DNA of 64,000 nt from Candidatus Nitrosopelagicus sp. (GTDB taxonomy: Archaea; Thermoproteota; Nitrososphaeria; Nitrososphaerales; Nitrosopumilaceae): the NCBI GenBank assembly GCA_028345575.1, contig JAOMDR010000003.1:8777-72776 (forward strand). Direction: 5' to 3'. Under the pieces are notes generated by a model that made no database searches, was not told where the DNA came from, and saw only the letters and a list, made by a program, of their open reading frames with translations. Made by a program: the position numbers and the translations under genes. This document shows, one piece after another, positions 8,961 to 18,417 of the stretch (the stretch's first letter is position 1; the number at the start of each line of letters is the position of its first letter).

Positions 8961-10096
8961 TCCGTTAATAATTTGCCACCTCGTTTCCTGTATCTACGGA
9001 AAAGTAGTGTGGCTGATATCAGTGTTATTGCTGCTCCTGCTAACAATGGTGGAATTAATGAGAATGAACTCTCATTAGTAGTTAGTATGTTTGTAAATTG
9101 TGCAACGGTTGGATAAATTGCTGCTAATACAATTATTCTTAATACATCGCTAATGTGTTTCAATTTTCTATTTAGCCAATTACTAATTAAAATTCCAGCT
9201 GCAATTGTACCGAGTCCCATCCATAAAAATGGAAACAAACCTTGAAGAAACTGTCCAATTACTATTTGATTTGATAATGATTGTGAGAAATCCATTCCAT
9301 TTTCAAATAATTGTGAATCAACATTTGTAACACCTGCAGGCACTGATGCAAGAATTAGAATTAATCCTGTCACAAGTGCAAATATTCTAATGAATCCTGT
9401 CGGCGTTGCTTTTGTCCAATTAGACCATGATTTGTCTATGTCAAATGCACGAATAAGAAATGCACCACCTAAAATACTAACTAAAACTGCAAAAATCTCT
9501 GCAGTATACCCTACTACTGTACCAATACCTCCAATTAATAATAGAATTCCTGGAACTCCTAAAAAAAATTTTGAATATGTCTTATCATACATTGCAGTCT
9601 TCAAAAACTTTCCAAATACTGCATAGGAATGTTCAATTGTTCTACTAACTTGCATAACAACTCTTTGAACTGATACAACTGGTATTACATTTTGAATAAC
9701 TGGTATTACCATTTCATCATCTTCACCATCTGAAACAATTACTGCACCATTTGCTGAAAATGTTTGTAAAACTGATTTGATTTCATTAACAATTTTTTCA
9801 TCTGCTTGAACTCCTCTCTTATCTACTCCTGCTACTACAACAACTTCAACATTGTATCCTTTGCTGACTAAATCTTCATAAGTTTTTACAGCATAAAATA
9901 TAGAATTTGAGTCTGCATCCTCTGGATCCTCTAAAGCAAGTCTTTGTGCCGCATTGATACATGAATCTCTTCCTACTACTGGAGTTGTAATTCCAGCTTT
10001 TTTTCCAACGTCATCGTCTCTATCTACACAAATTACAAGTAATTTTGAAGCAACTGTAGACTCTATATCTCTCTCTAATTTTTTATTCTCTGACAT
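8957..10096 (-). CDS. DUF373-family membrane protein
   Basis: CVDRDDDVG.K, DPEDAD.N, VSDGEDDE motifs followed by transmembrane helices; usual neighbour of archaeal uppS. Confidence 0.88.
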   Translation of the reverse strand: MSENKKLERDIESTVASKLLVICVDRDDDVGKKAGITTPVVGRDSCINAAQRLALEDPEDADSNSIFYAVKTYEDLVSKGYNVEVVVVAGVDKRGVQADEKIVNEIKSVLQTFSANGAVIVSDGEDDEMVIPVIQNVIPVVSVQRVVMQVSRTIEHSYAVFGKFLKTAMYDKTYSKFFLGVPGILLLIGGIGTVVGYTAEIFAVLVSILGGAFLIRAFDIDKSWSNWTKATPTGFIRIFALVTGLILILASVPAGVTNVDSQLFENGMDFSQSLSNQIVIGQFLQGLFPFLWMGLGTIAAGILISNWLNRKLKHISDVLRIIVLAAIYPTVAQFTNILTTNESSFSLIPPLLAGAAITLISATLLFRRYRKRGGKLLTE

Positions 10097-10166
10097 TATG
10101 ACTAATTATTGCAAAATTACCTTTTAATGATTTCCAACTAATGAATATAGTATTTTTTGTATTTAC

Positions 10167-10682
10167 TCACGGTTTTGAGGAGTTTGCCATATTGCCATAT
10201 TGAATTGACTCTTCTTTTAATTTCTCTATGTTGTTCAAAATTTCAGTTCTTTGTTCAACCTCTCCATCATTATTGATTAGATTTGCCATGACCATAGTTT
10301 CTATGATGTATGCTTCAAATGATTTTAATGATGCAATTCGATTAATGTAACTTTCTTGCCATTCTTCTGGTGCATCACTATATGCTAATTCCATTAGTAA
10401 AGCATTATTCTGTGATGAAGAAACTTCTGCAATTCTAACATATTCGTCAGCTGAAATTTCTTCTTTAATTAATTCTAAAAATGACGTTTCAACTGCATTT
10501 GAAATAATTTTATGTCTTTCTGTAATACCTTCTTGATGATTCTGAAAATCAGTAACCACAATTGTCATTTCGGTATTTGTTGAACTATTTACCATCCAAA
10601 CTGAAAAACTTGCAATTGTTATTGCAACTAATATTGCTATTGTGATTGCAACACCTTTCTTAGAACCCATGTCCATATCCAA
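10167..10682 (-). CDS. Membrane-anchored hypothetical protein
   Basis: N-terminal hydrophobic helix followed by a helical soluble region. Confidence 0.7.
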   Translation of the reverse strand: MDMDMGSKKGVAITIAILVAITIASFSVWMVNSSTNTEMTIVVTDFQNHQEGITERHKIISNAVETSFLELIKEEISADEYVRIAEVSSSQNNALLMELAYSDAPEEWQESYINRIASLKSFEAYIIETMVMANLINNDGEVEQRTEILNNIEKLKEESIQYGNMANSSKP

Positions 10683-10870
10683 TTCTTTATCATTATAATA
10701 CTGATCTATTTTATTTCAATTTTAGCCATTTTTTAAAAAAATTCAAGATTTTTAATCAAATTAATAAAATTTTCAAAATTAGTTAATAAAAAAGATCCCT
10801 CACGTCTAGCCTAAAGTGAAATAATATTCACATTCTCTTTTCAAATAGAAGATTGTTTTGGGTTTGATAT

Positions 10871-11014
10871 ATGACTGAAGCATATTGCGTAAAATGCAGA
10901 CAAAAAAGAGAAATTCAAAACCCAGAAGAGACTAAATTGAAAAATGGACGTCCAGCTGTAAAAGGCGTGTGTGGCGAATGCGGAACTAAAGTTTTCCGAA
11001 TAGGTAAACCTTAG
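10871..11014 (+). CDS. 47-aa DUF5679-type Zn-ribbon microprotein (Cren7-like), missed by the ORF track
   Basis: Translated by hand: MTEAYCVKCRQKREIQNPEETKLKNGRPAVKGVCGECGTKVFRIGKP; followed by a pyrimidine-rich tract. Confidence 0.88.
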   Translation: MTEAYCVKCRQKREIQNPEETKLKNGRPAVKGVCGECGTKVFRIGKP

Positions 11015-11071
11015 ACTCTCCTTTCCTTTTTCTAACTAAACCCATATAGGGGATTTGAACAACTGTTAGTT

Positions 11072-11491
11072 ATGACAAAGTCTGACTATGAGAATTTACT
11101 TAAAAGAATTGAAAAAAATATTTCAAACACATCTTCATCTGGTAAACGTTTTGAGTTACCACCAATCGATATTACTTGGGAAGGAAAAAAAACAATTCTT
11201 AGAAATTTTGCAGACTTTCCAAAAGCACTAAGACGAGAGCCTAACATCATTTTACAATATTTATCAAAAGAATTTGCTGTACCTGCTGACCGTGTAGGTG
11301 AAAAAGCAATTTTTGTTGGTAAACGTGATCCGGATGATTTTACTAGATTGTTTGGAATTTATCTGAAAGATTATGTTGAATGTCCAACATGTCAAAGCCC
11401 CGATACCAAAGTGGAAAAAGAAAATCGAATCTCTTTTCTAATTTGTGAGGCATGTGGAGCAAAATCTACAATTAAAGGTAAATACGCATAA
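11072..11491 (+). CDS. eif2b: Translation initiation factor aIF2 beta subunit
   Basis: RFELP...T.LRNF....L.R; C-terminal CPTC.SPDT...CEACGA. Confidence 0.95.
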   Translation: MTKSDYENLLKRIEKNISNTSSSGKRFELPPIDITWEGKKTILRNFADFPKALRREPNIILQYLSKEFAVPADRVGEKAIFVGKRDPDDFTRLFGIYLKDYVECPTCQSPDTKVEKENRISFLICEACGAKSTIKGKYA

Positions 11492-11787
11492 TGCTTTTTT
11501 CTACAAAAGTTATTAGCGCTAGTGGAAATTTAATGTTAAATATTTGTGACCCTGAATTAGTAGGTAAAACCGTTAATGATGGAAACACAAAAATCAAAAT
11601 TAATTCAAATTATTATTCTGAAAGAGACGTTGATGAACATGAAGCAAAAAATCTATTAACAAAATGCAATTCTATCAATATGGTTGGCGAAAAAACAATT
11701 TCACTTGCAATAAGTCTGGGAATTGGTTCTGAAAAAAGTATTAGACGTATAGACCGTGTACCGTTTTTAATAGTATTCAAGATGTAA
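11491..11787 (+). CDS. DUF424-family protein
   Basis: NICD.ELVGK, INMVG, I..VP motifs; usual neighbour of aIF1A. Confidence 0.8.
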   Translation: MLFSTKVISASGNLMLNICDPELVGKTVNDGNTKIKINSNYYSERDVDEHEAKNLLTKCNSINMVGEKTISLAISLGIGSEKSIRRIDRVPFLIVFKM

Positions 11788-11823
11788 CACCACAATTATA
11801 TACAAAATTTACATATTTTTTGC

Positions 11824-12135
11824 GTGGGAAAACGTAAAGTACTCAATGAAAGTGCCTTAAAAGAAATTAGGCTAGCTGAAGAAGGTGAAATGTATGGTAG
11901 AGTAATCAAGCTTTTAGGAAGTGATCAAGTTCTTGTAAAATGCACAGATGATATTACTAGAAGAGGAAGAATTAGAGGAAAACTAAAACGAAGAATTTGG
12001 ATAAGAGATAATGATGTGGTGGTAATTGCACCTTGGGATTTTAAAGAAGATGAACGTGGTGATATAGTCTGGAGATTTACTTTACCTCAAGTTGACTGGT
12101 TAAAAGATAACGATCATATTCCAAAAGACTTTTGA
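11824..12135 (+). CDS. eif1a: Translation initiation factor aIF1A
   Basis: RIRGKLKRRIWIR..D.V...PWDF...RGDI.WR. Confidence 0.96.
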   Translation: MGKRKVLNESALKEIRLAEEGEMYGRVIKLLGSDQVLVKCTDDITRRGRIRGKLKRRIWIRDNDVVVIAPWDFKEDERGDIVWRFTLPQVDWLKDNDHIPKDF

Positions 12136-12175
12136 TTTTAGAAATGATTTTTTATTTGTAGATATAATATAAGAC

Positions 12176-12955
12176 ATGTCTAATAATTCTGAAAAAAAAA
12201 TTGAATCAAAAATAAAATCTAAACTTGAACAAAAGAAGAAAAAGAAGACATTAGATGATGGGTTTAAAAAAAATAAAGTGATCAATGAAGTCTTAGATAA
12301 AATCACTGTCATGCAACTCTATGATCTAATTACCTCGAAAATAATTTCTTATGTTAATGGTGTTGTAAAAGCTGGGAAGGAATCTGTAGTATTCTGGGCA
12401 AAAGATCCTGAAGATAATGATATCGCATTAAAAATTTATTTGGTTACTACATCTAATTTTAAAAAAAGGAGTCAATATGTTATGGGTGATCCTAGATTTT
12501 CAAATATTAAAAAAGGAACAAAAAATTTGGTTTATCTCTGGGCTAGAAAAGAATTCCAAAATATTTCAAAATGTTATGATTGTGGTATATCTGTAGTAAA
12601 GCCTAGACATGTATCAAAGAATATCCTGATAATGGATTTTGAGGGAAAGAATGGAAAACCTGAGAATACTCTATTAGAATCTGAAGTTAATGAAAATGAC
12701 TACCATCAATCAATTGCTCTAATTTCTGATTTATTCAAAAAAGCAAAATTGGTACATGGTGATTTTTCGGAATATAATATTTTTAAAACAAAAAATGGTC
12801 TAAAATTGTTTGATCTGGGATCTGCAGTTGATACAACACACCCCAATACAATGAATTTTTTGAAAAGAGACATTAATAACATAACCAACTTCTTTGTAAA
12901 ACGAGGATTAACAGTAGAAAACCCTGCTGATATTCTTGAAAGGATAACAAAATGA
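12176..12955 (+). CDS. rio1: RIO1-family Ser/Thr protein kinase
   Basis: GKES.VF, ALKIY, WARKEF.N, VHGDFSEYNI, FD.GSAV. Confidence 0.93.
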   Translation: MSNNSEKKIESKIKSKLEQKKKKKTLDDGFKKNKVINEVLDKITVMQLYDLITSKIISYVNGVVKAGKESVVFWAKDPEDNDIALKIYLVTTSNFKKRSQYVMGDPRFSNIKKGTKNLVYLWARKEFQNISKCYDCGISVVKPRHVSKNILIMDFEGKNGKPENTLLESEVNENDYHQSIALISDLFKKAKLVHGDFSEYNIFKTKNGLKLFDLGSAVDTTHPNTMNFLKRDINNITNFFVKRGLTVENPADILERITK

Positions 12956-13521
12956 GCTTTGAAAAATTAATTAGAATTCCCATTGAAAGAATTGGTGTTA
13001 TTATAGGAAAATCTGGAAACACCAAACGTCAAATTGAAAAAAAATGTCATGTTAATTTGAATATTGATAGTGAAACTGGTGAGGTCATGATTACTAGTGA
13101 TAAAATTGATGGTAACATTAGTCCATTCAAATCTGTTGAAATAGTTTCAGCAATCGGTAGAGGTTTTTCTCCAGAAAATTCATTTCGACTTTTACGTGGA
13201 GAAAATAGTTTACATGTTATAGATTTACGTGAGTTTGGTGGTAAATCTCCTGATCAAATTGAACGAATTAAAGGAAGAATTATTGGTGAAAATGGAACTG
13301 CTAGAGTAAACATGGAAAATTTAACTGGTGCAACAATTTCTGTTTATGGTAGAACTGTTGGAATAATTGGAGAACCAAATCAATTACGACCAGCAGTTGA
13401 TGCAATCGCTTCACTTTGTAGTGGGAGCATGCATGGTCCAGTTTACAGTAAATTAGAATCTGCTAGAAGACGTGAAAAAGCTGATAAAGCATTATTGTGG
13501 GAAAATCAAGATGTCTTCTAA
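12952..13521 (+). CDS. KH-domain pre-rRNA processing protein (Dim2/Pno1/Krr1 type)
   Basis: IG.IIG..G and AIGRGFSPE, RIKGRIIG..G, G..HG.VY. Confidence 0.9.
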   Translation: MSFEKLIRIPIERIGVIIGKSGNTKRQIEKKCHVNLNIDSETGEVMITSDKIDGNISPFKSVEIVSAIGRGFSPENSFRLLRGENSLHVIDLREFGGKSPDQIERIKGRIIGENGTARVNMENLTGATISVYGRTVGIIGEPNQLRPAVDAIASLCSGSMHGPVYSKLESARRREKADKALLWENQDVF

Positions 13522-15382
13522 CGAACAATTCAATCAAATTTCTCCTAGTGAGTTTTTTTATCGTAATCGTGATCTTGCTGGATTTAGTAATCCTACTCGT
13601 TCATTATACACTGCAGTACGTGAATTTGTAGAAAATTCACTTGATGCATGTGATCATAGTGGAATCTTACCTAATATCCATATGACAATTAAAGCAGTAG
13701 ATCCGGAAAAACCTGATCCAAAACAATACATCTTAACTGTAAAAGACAATGGTCCTGGAATTCCTTCAAAACACGTCCCTCTAGCATTTGGAACTGTTTT
13801 GTATGGTTCAAAATTCGGTCTTAAACAAGCACGTGGAATGTTTGGATTGGGTGCAACTATGGCTATACTATATGGACAAATTACTACAAACAAATCTGTA
13901 AAAGTTAAAAGTAATGCAGATGGAAAAACTCGTTTTGATTTTGAAATGTTACTAGATATTCAAAAAAATAAACCTGTCATAGTAAAAAAACAAGAAACAC
14001 CTAGTTCTGAAAAAGGATTAAGTGTAAGTATTTGTTTAGATGGTGATTATTCCAAAGCAGGTACAAAAATTCGTGATTATGTTTATCAAACTTCTTTGAT
14101 TACGCCCTATGCAACAATCTCTTTTGATGATCCTAAAGGTGAAAAATTTCATCATAAAGCAATCATTCGTTCAATGCCACCTGCACCAACAATCATTGCA
14201 CCTCATCCTTATGGAATTGATGTTGAAACAATCCGTCGAATGCTTGTTGACACACATTACCAAATACCAAATGTTGATGATAAAATGATTGAAAAAGTTA
14301 GAAAAGAACTTGGAATGTCAAAAAAGAAATTCACATATGATGAAATTATGAAAAAGACCGAGAAGAAATGGAAATCACTTTCCAGACCTGTGCGTGTTGT
14401 GATATCTCTAATGTCATTTCTTGAAGCGGATTTCGAAAAATTACAAAGAATTAGAATTGAAGATGTTGATCTTCGAAATAATAAATTAGTTTATTGGGAT
14501 TATAGTACTTCTCAAACCCTTGTAGCAGAAATGGATGTTGAAAGTCATTACTATAAACAATTAGCAAATACTGTTCAAGGTGAATCTCTTACCCACTTTT
14601 TATCAAAAAGATTTCAAAGAGTAGGACCAACTGCTGCATTAGAATTTTGTAAATTTGCCAAGTTTAAACCCGAAACTAGAGTTGGAAATATGACTGACCA
14701 AGAATTAGTAAAATTAAGTGATGCATTGCAAACATATGAAGGATTTAGATCTCCTGATCCTACATGCTTAGCACCGCTTGGTGATGGTCCACTTGAAAAA
14801 GGAATTGAAAGACGATTTGAACCTGATTTCATGGCCGTAGTTCAAAGAACTGCATCCGCATATTCTGGATTTCCATTTGTTATAGAAATGGGAATTGCAT
14901 ATGGAGGTAAAATTGAAACACGTGGTACTACTGTATACAGATTTGCAAATAGAATTCCATTGTTATACGATGAAGGTAGTGATGTTGTACTAAAGGTTGT
15001 AAAAGATACTGATTGGAATCGTTATAAAGTGAAAAATGATTCTGCACCTATGATTATTGTTTCTCATATTTGTTCAACTAGGGTACCATACAAAACAGTA
15101 GGAAAAGAAAATGTTGCAGACAGACCTGAAATTGAAAAAGAACTCAGATTGGCACTTCAATTTTTATCAAGAAAACTTTCTGGATATATGTCTAAAAAAG
15201 GCCAAGCAGAAATGGCAAAAAAACGTGCAAATCTGTATTCTAAATATCTGCCACTTGTAGCACAATTTTGTACTGAATTATCTGGAAACAAAAAAGAACC
15301 AAACTATAAAGAAATGATAAAAGAAGAAACTGCATTGACTAATTCAGAAGGATCACTAGAAGAGGTAAAAAAGAATGGTTAA
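13511..15382 (+). CDS. top6B: DNA topoisomerase VI subunit B
   Basis: SEFFYRN, EFVENSLDA, DNGPGI, RGMFGLG GHKL motifs, RFANRIPLL; ATG at 13511. Confidence 0.97.
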   Translation: MSSNEQFNQISPSEFFYRNRDLAGFSNPTRSLYTAVREFVENSLDACDHSGILPNIHMTIKAVDPEKPDPKQYILTVKDNGPGIPSKHVPLAFGTVLYGSKFGLKQARGMFGLGATMAILYGQITTNKSVKVKSNADGKTRFDFEMLLDIQKNKPVIVKKQETPSSEKGLSVSICLDGDYSKAGTKIRDYVYQTSLITPYATISFDDPKGEKFHHKAIIRSMPPAPTIIAPHPYGIDVETIRRMLVDTHYQIPNVDDKMIEKVRKELGMSKKKFTYDEIMKKTEKKWKSLSRPVRVVISLMSFLEADFEKLQRIRIEDVDLRNNKLVYWDYSTSQTLVAEMDVESHYYKQLANTVQGESLTHFLSKRFQRVGPTAALEFCKFAKFKPETRVGNMTDQELVKLSDALQTYEGFRSPDPTCLAPLGDGPLEKGIERRFEPDFMAVVQRTASAYSGFPFVIEMGIAYGGKIETRGTTVYRFANRIPLLYDEGSDVVLKVVKDTDWNRYKVKNDSAPMIIVSHICSTRVPYKTVGKENVADRPEIEKELRLALQFLSRKLSGYMSKKGQAEMAKKRANLYSKYLPLVAQFCTELSGNKKEPNYKEMIKEETALTNSEGSLEEVKKNG

Positions 15383-16496
15383 AAAACAGACTAAAAAAGA
15401 AACCAAAAAACAGACTAAAAAAGATAAAATCGATAAATCAAAAAATTTGATTAGTCTTCTCAAAAAACATGGTGCTCAAGTGTATGAAGATCTTGAAAAT
15501 GGTGAATTTCCAAAATTCTCGATCCCGAATCGTTCCATCAGCAATATCATTTATGATAAAAAATTAAGGCAGTATGTACTTGGAACTAATACTTCCTTAA
15601 GAAGTTCAAGAAATAGCTCACAATTACGTTCATTCACTCAATTATTGTGGCTTGCATTTTTCGCTAACAAATTAACACATGAAAAAAAATCATCTACTCT
15701 TCGAGATGTTTACTATTCTTCTCAAGCATTTGCTGTGGATTTTGAAGACCAAGGTGAATCTGATAACATCATAGTTGATCTGGAAGCTGTTTTGTCTCAA
15801 CCTAGAGAGGATTTCTATGTATTTCCTGAAGAAAGAAGTAGTATTTTTGGTGACTTGACAATTGAATACACAATTCCTGGATATGAAGGAAAAACACAAA
15901 ATCTTTCTAGTCATCCTGATGGATATGCAATTGGTCCAAGCATGACTTCTGCGGAGTTGGTTGATACAAGTGCTGAACTTGTAATTGCTATAGAAAAAGG
16001 TGGTTTGTTCACTAGATTTGTAGAAGAACAAGTTGATAAAAAATTCAAATCAATAATTATCAATACTGGAGGTCAAGCTCCTCGTTCAACTCGTACTTTG
16101 TTAAAACGATTGCATGATGAAATGGGTTTGCCTGTTGTAATTTTAACTGACGGCGATGTGTATGGTGAACACATTGCAATGGTTATAAAATCTGGTTCTG
16201 CAAACGCAGCTCATCTAAAAGGATTAACTGTGCCGGATGCAAAATGGATGGGTGTATGGGCTACAGATATTGATAAATTCAAACTTCCCACAATACCAAT
16301 GACTGAATCTGATATCAAACGTTGCTATGATTTATTGAAAGATCCTAGATATCAAGAAGGATTATGGAAAAGAGAACTTGAAGTGTTCATAAAGATTAAG
16401 AGAAAAGCAGAACTGGAGGCATTTTCTAAATATGGTCTTAATAATATCACTGAGAAGTATCTGCCAAAAAAATTAGAAGAATCAAAGAGCTTCTGA
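15375..16496 (+). CDS. top6A: DNA topoisomerase VI subunit A
   Basis: STLRDVYY (catalytic Tyr), IEKGG, TDGDVYG TOPRIM, KAELEA. Confidence 0.97.
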   Translation: MVKKQTKKETKKQTKKDKIDKSKNLISLLKKHGAQVYEDLENGEFPKFSIPNRSISNIIYDKKLRQYVLGTNTSLRSSRNSSQLRSFTQLLWLAFFANKLTHEKKSSTLRDVYYSSQAFAVDFEDQGESDNIIVDLEAVLSQPREDFYVFPEERSSIFGDLTIEYTIPGYEGKTQNLSSHPDGYAIGPSMTSAELVDTSAELVIAIEKGGLFTRFVEEQVDKKFKSIIINTGGQAPRSTRTLLKRLHDEMGLPVVILTDGDVYGEHIAMVIKSGSANAAHLKGLTVPDAKWMGVWATDIDKFKLPTIPMTESDIKRCYDLLKDPRYQEGLWKRELEVFIKIKRKAELEAFSKYGLNNITEKYLPKKLEESKSF

Positions 16497-16955
16497 TGTT
16501 TTAATTCTTAATGTTAATACACCATTTCTATATTTGAAATCACCAATTTCCATTTCTTTTGGTCCTTCGATTTGGACTTCTTTTGAAAATCCTTGTGATC
16601 CTCTGATGTATAAAATACCATCAATTAATCTGACGGCAATTTTGTCTTCTGGTCCTGGAACTTCTGCAACAAAAACTGTTTCGTTATCTCCTTTGATTAA
16701 ATCATATACCCAGTTTTTGGTTTCTTGTTCTCTTGCAGTAAATTTCGGTTTTTGAGTAATGACCATTTTTTTAATTACTTTAGTCCAGTAAACTATTGTC
16801 ACTAGAGCGATTCCGATTAATATGAAACTAACAAATCCATTATCTGCTCGTAATGACATTGCATACACTAATCCAAAAAAAACTAGTAAAATTATAGGTA
16901 TTACATAATTTAGCGATTTTTCAGTTGGTTGTGTCGCATTTGCATATTTACTCAA
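16482..16955 (-). CDS. Membrane-anchored Hsp20/alpha-crystallin-domain protein
   Basis: Two N-terminal TM helices, then WVYDLI...VAEVPG...F.YRNGVLTLRI; TTG start at 16955 preferred to the ORF-track start 17204. Confidence 0.8.
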   Translation of the reverse strand: MSKYANATQPTEKSLNYVIPIILLVFFGLVYAMSLRADNGFVSFILIGIALVTIVYWTKVIKKMVITQKPKFTAREQETKNWVYDLIKGDNETVFVAEVPGPEDKIAVRLIDGILYIRGSQGFSKEVQIEGPKEMEIGDFKYRNGVLTLRIKTSEAL

Positions 16956-17025
16956 TACACAAAAATTAGTTTTACCAAATATAAAGCATCTTTGATTTTT
17001 ATAGGCAGAATCCCATCTGAAACTG

Positions 17026-17265
17026 TTGACTGATAACCCAGCAAAAAAAGTAACATCGAAGGATCTAATCACTAAAGGTTCGTTAGTTGCAATAATTATC
17101 GCTGTTCCTACATTAATTGTATTTTTTGTTATATGGACTATAACGAATGATCTAATTTTTGGTGGTGTTGCTGGATTGATTACTAATTTTATCACATTGG
17201 GCATTTCATTTAAAATTGTAACTAAAAAATTTGTTAAAAAACCAAAAGATGATTTTGAATTATAA
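17026..17265 (+). CDS. Small two-TM membrane protein
   Basis: Two hydrophobic helices; TTG start; first gene of a same-strand run. Confidence 0.75.
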   Translation: MTDNPAKKVTSKDLITKGSLVAIIIAVPTLIVFFVIWTITNDLIFGGVAGLITNFITLGISFKIVTKKFVKKPKDDFEL

Positions 17266-17273
17266 TTAATAAA

Positions 17274-17636
17274 ATGAATCTTTCACAAATAATTAAAACT
17301 CTAGTATCTGAAATAAAATTAACAGAAATTCAAGCAAAAATTTTCTTACATATTGTAATTCATGGCAAAATGAATACGTCTAAAATTTCAAGTGATCTAA
17401 ATATCTCTCTTGATGATGCAACTCAAAACTCAAAAAAACTAGTAGAGTTAGGAGGATTCATTGATATGCCTAATGATGAGTTTGAGGCAATGCATCCTAG
17501 ATTTACTGCAGTCAATATGTATAGAAAAATGTGCGAACGAGAACAAAAAGAATTTAAGAAAAACTTGAACATCGATAACATTGGTGTTGCATTGGAAGTA
17601 TCTTATGATGATGCAAGGACTAAATATAACAAATAA
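17274..17636 (+). CDS. TrmB-like wHTH protein
   Basis: LT..QAKIFL.I...G......ISS.L.I........L.E.G pattern. Confidence 0.65.
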   Translation: MNLSQIIKTLVSEIKLTEIQAKIFLHIVIHGKMNTSKISSDLNISLDDATQNSKKLVELGGFIDMPNDEFEAMHPRFTAVNMYRKMCEREQKEFKKNLNIDNIGVALEVSYDDARTKYNK

Positions 17637-17647
17637 AATGAAAAAAT

Positions 17648-18130
17648 ATGAGTGAATCTGATGCTCCTTCTGGAAAACCTCAAAGTTATACTAGAAAAAC
17701 TCTAGGTGACTCTGAAGACAAACCAAAAGCTCCTGAAATTTACAAATGTTGTAATAATCCTCAGATAACTTATCTTGCTCCTGTAAACATCAACATTGAT
17801 GAAAGAACAATCGGATCAGTTGATGTTTGGAGATGTGCTGCATGCATGAAAGCATTTTGTGAAGAAAAAACATTAGGAATTGATTCTATTTCGGATATTG
17901 TTGGAATGCCACGAATTGAAGATAATGAAAAATGGGCTGTTGTTGTAAGTAAATTGCAGAAAGGAAAAGACAAATGGAAATTAGTTAAATTAAAAGAAAC
18001 TGGAATGATAAAATTTGAAACATCTGATGAAAAACTCATTGACCTAAAAATTCAAGATTTTAAAATTGTAGATGATTTTCATTCAAGTTTTCTTGTATTA
18101 GATCATATACACACTGCAGTTGAAATTTAA
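17648..18130 (+). CDS. Hypothetical protein with Cys motifs (CC...CxxC...C)
   Basis: 160-aa ORF, KCCNN...WRCAAC...FCEE. Confidence 0.75.
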   Translation: MSESDAPSGKPQSYTRKTLGDSEDKPKAPEIYKCCNNPQITYLAPVNINIDERTIGSVDVWRCAACMKAFCEEKTLGIDSISDIVGMPRIEDNEKWAVVVSKLQKGKDKWKLVKLKETGMIKFETSDEKLIDLKIQDFKIVDDFHSSFLVLDHIHTAVEI

Positions 18131-18132
18131 TC

Positions 18133-18417
18133 TTGAAAATTACTGTTAACGTTCAAGAAATTACTGGTACTCAAATGGCTGCAAAAATTGTTGGTAATTT
18201 TATTGTAGATGAAAATTCATTTCCTTTCACTGGAATTGCATTTGGAAGAATTGGAGGCCAAAATATAGGCGTAAAACTTTCTGATGATGTTGAAAAAAAC
18301 ATCAAAGACTTGGGCTATGATCTTGATGTCGTAATTGATACTCTACAAAAAAATCTAATTCAAGGTGATCTTACTCTTCCTGAAGGATTACAAAGAGAAT
18401 CTTTTGCTGACGATTAA
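18133..18417 (+). CDS. Hypothetical protein
   Basis: 94-aa ORF 2 nt downstream of the previous gene; TTG start. Confidence 0.72.
   Translation: MKITVNVQEITGTQMAAKIVGNFIVDENSFPFTGIAFGRIGGQNIGVKLSDDVEKNIKDLGYDLDVVIDTLQKNLIQGDLTLPEGLQRESFADD

Noticed and set aside
16956-17204. Long N-terminal extension of the Hsp20 ORF
   Set aside because: Antisense to the real membrane-protein gene 17026..17265 and crosses the divergent promoter.
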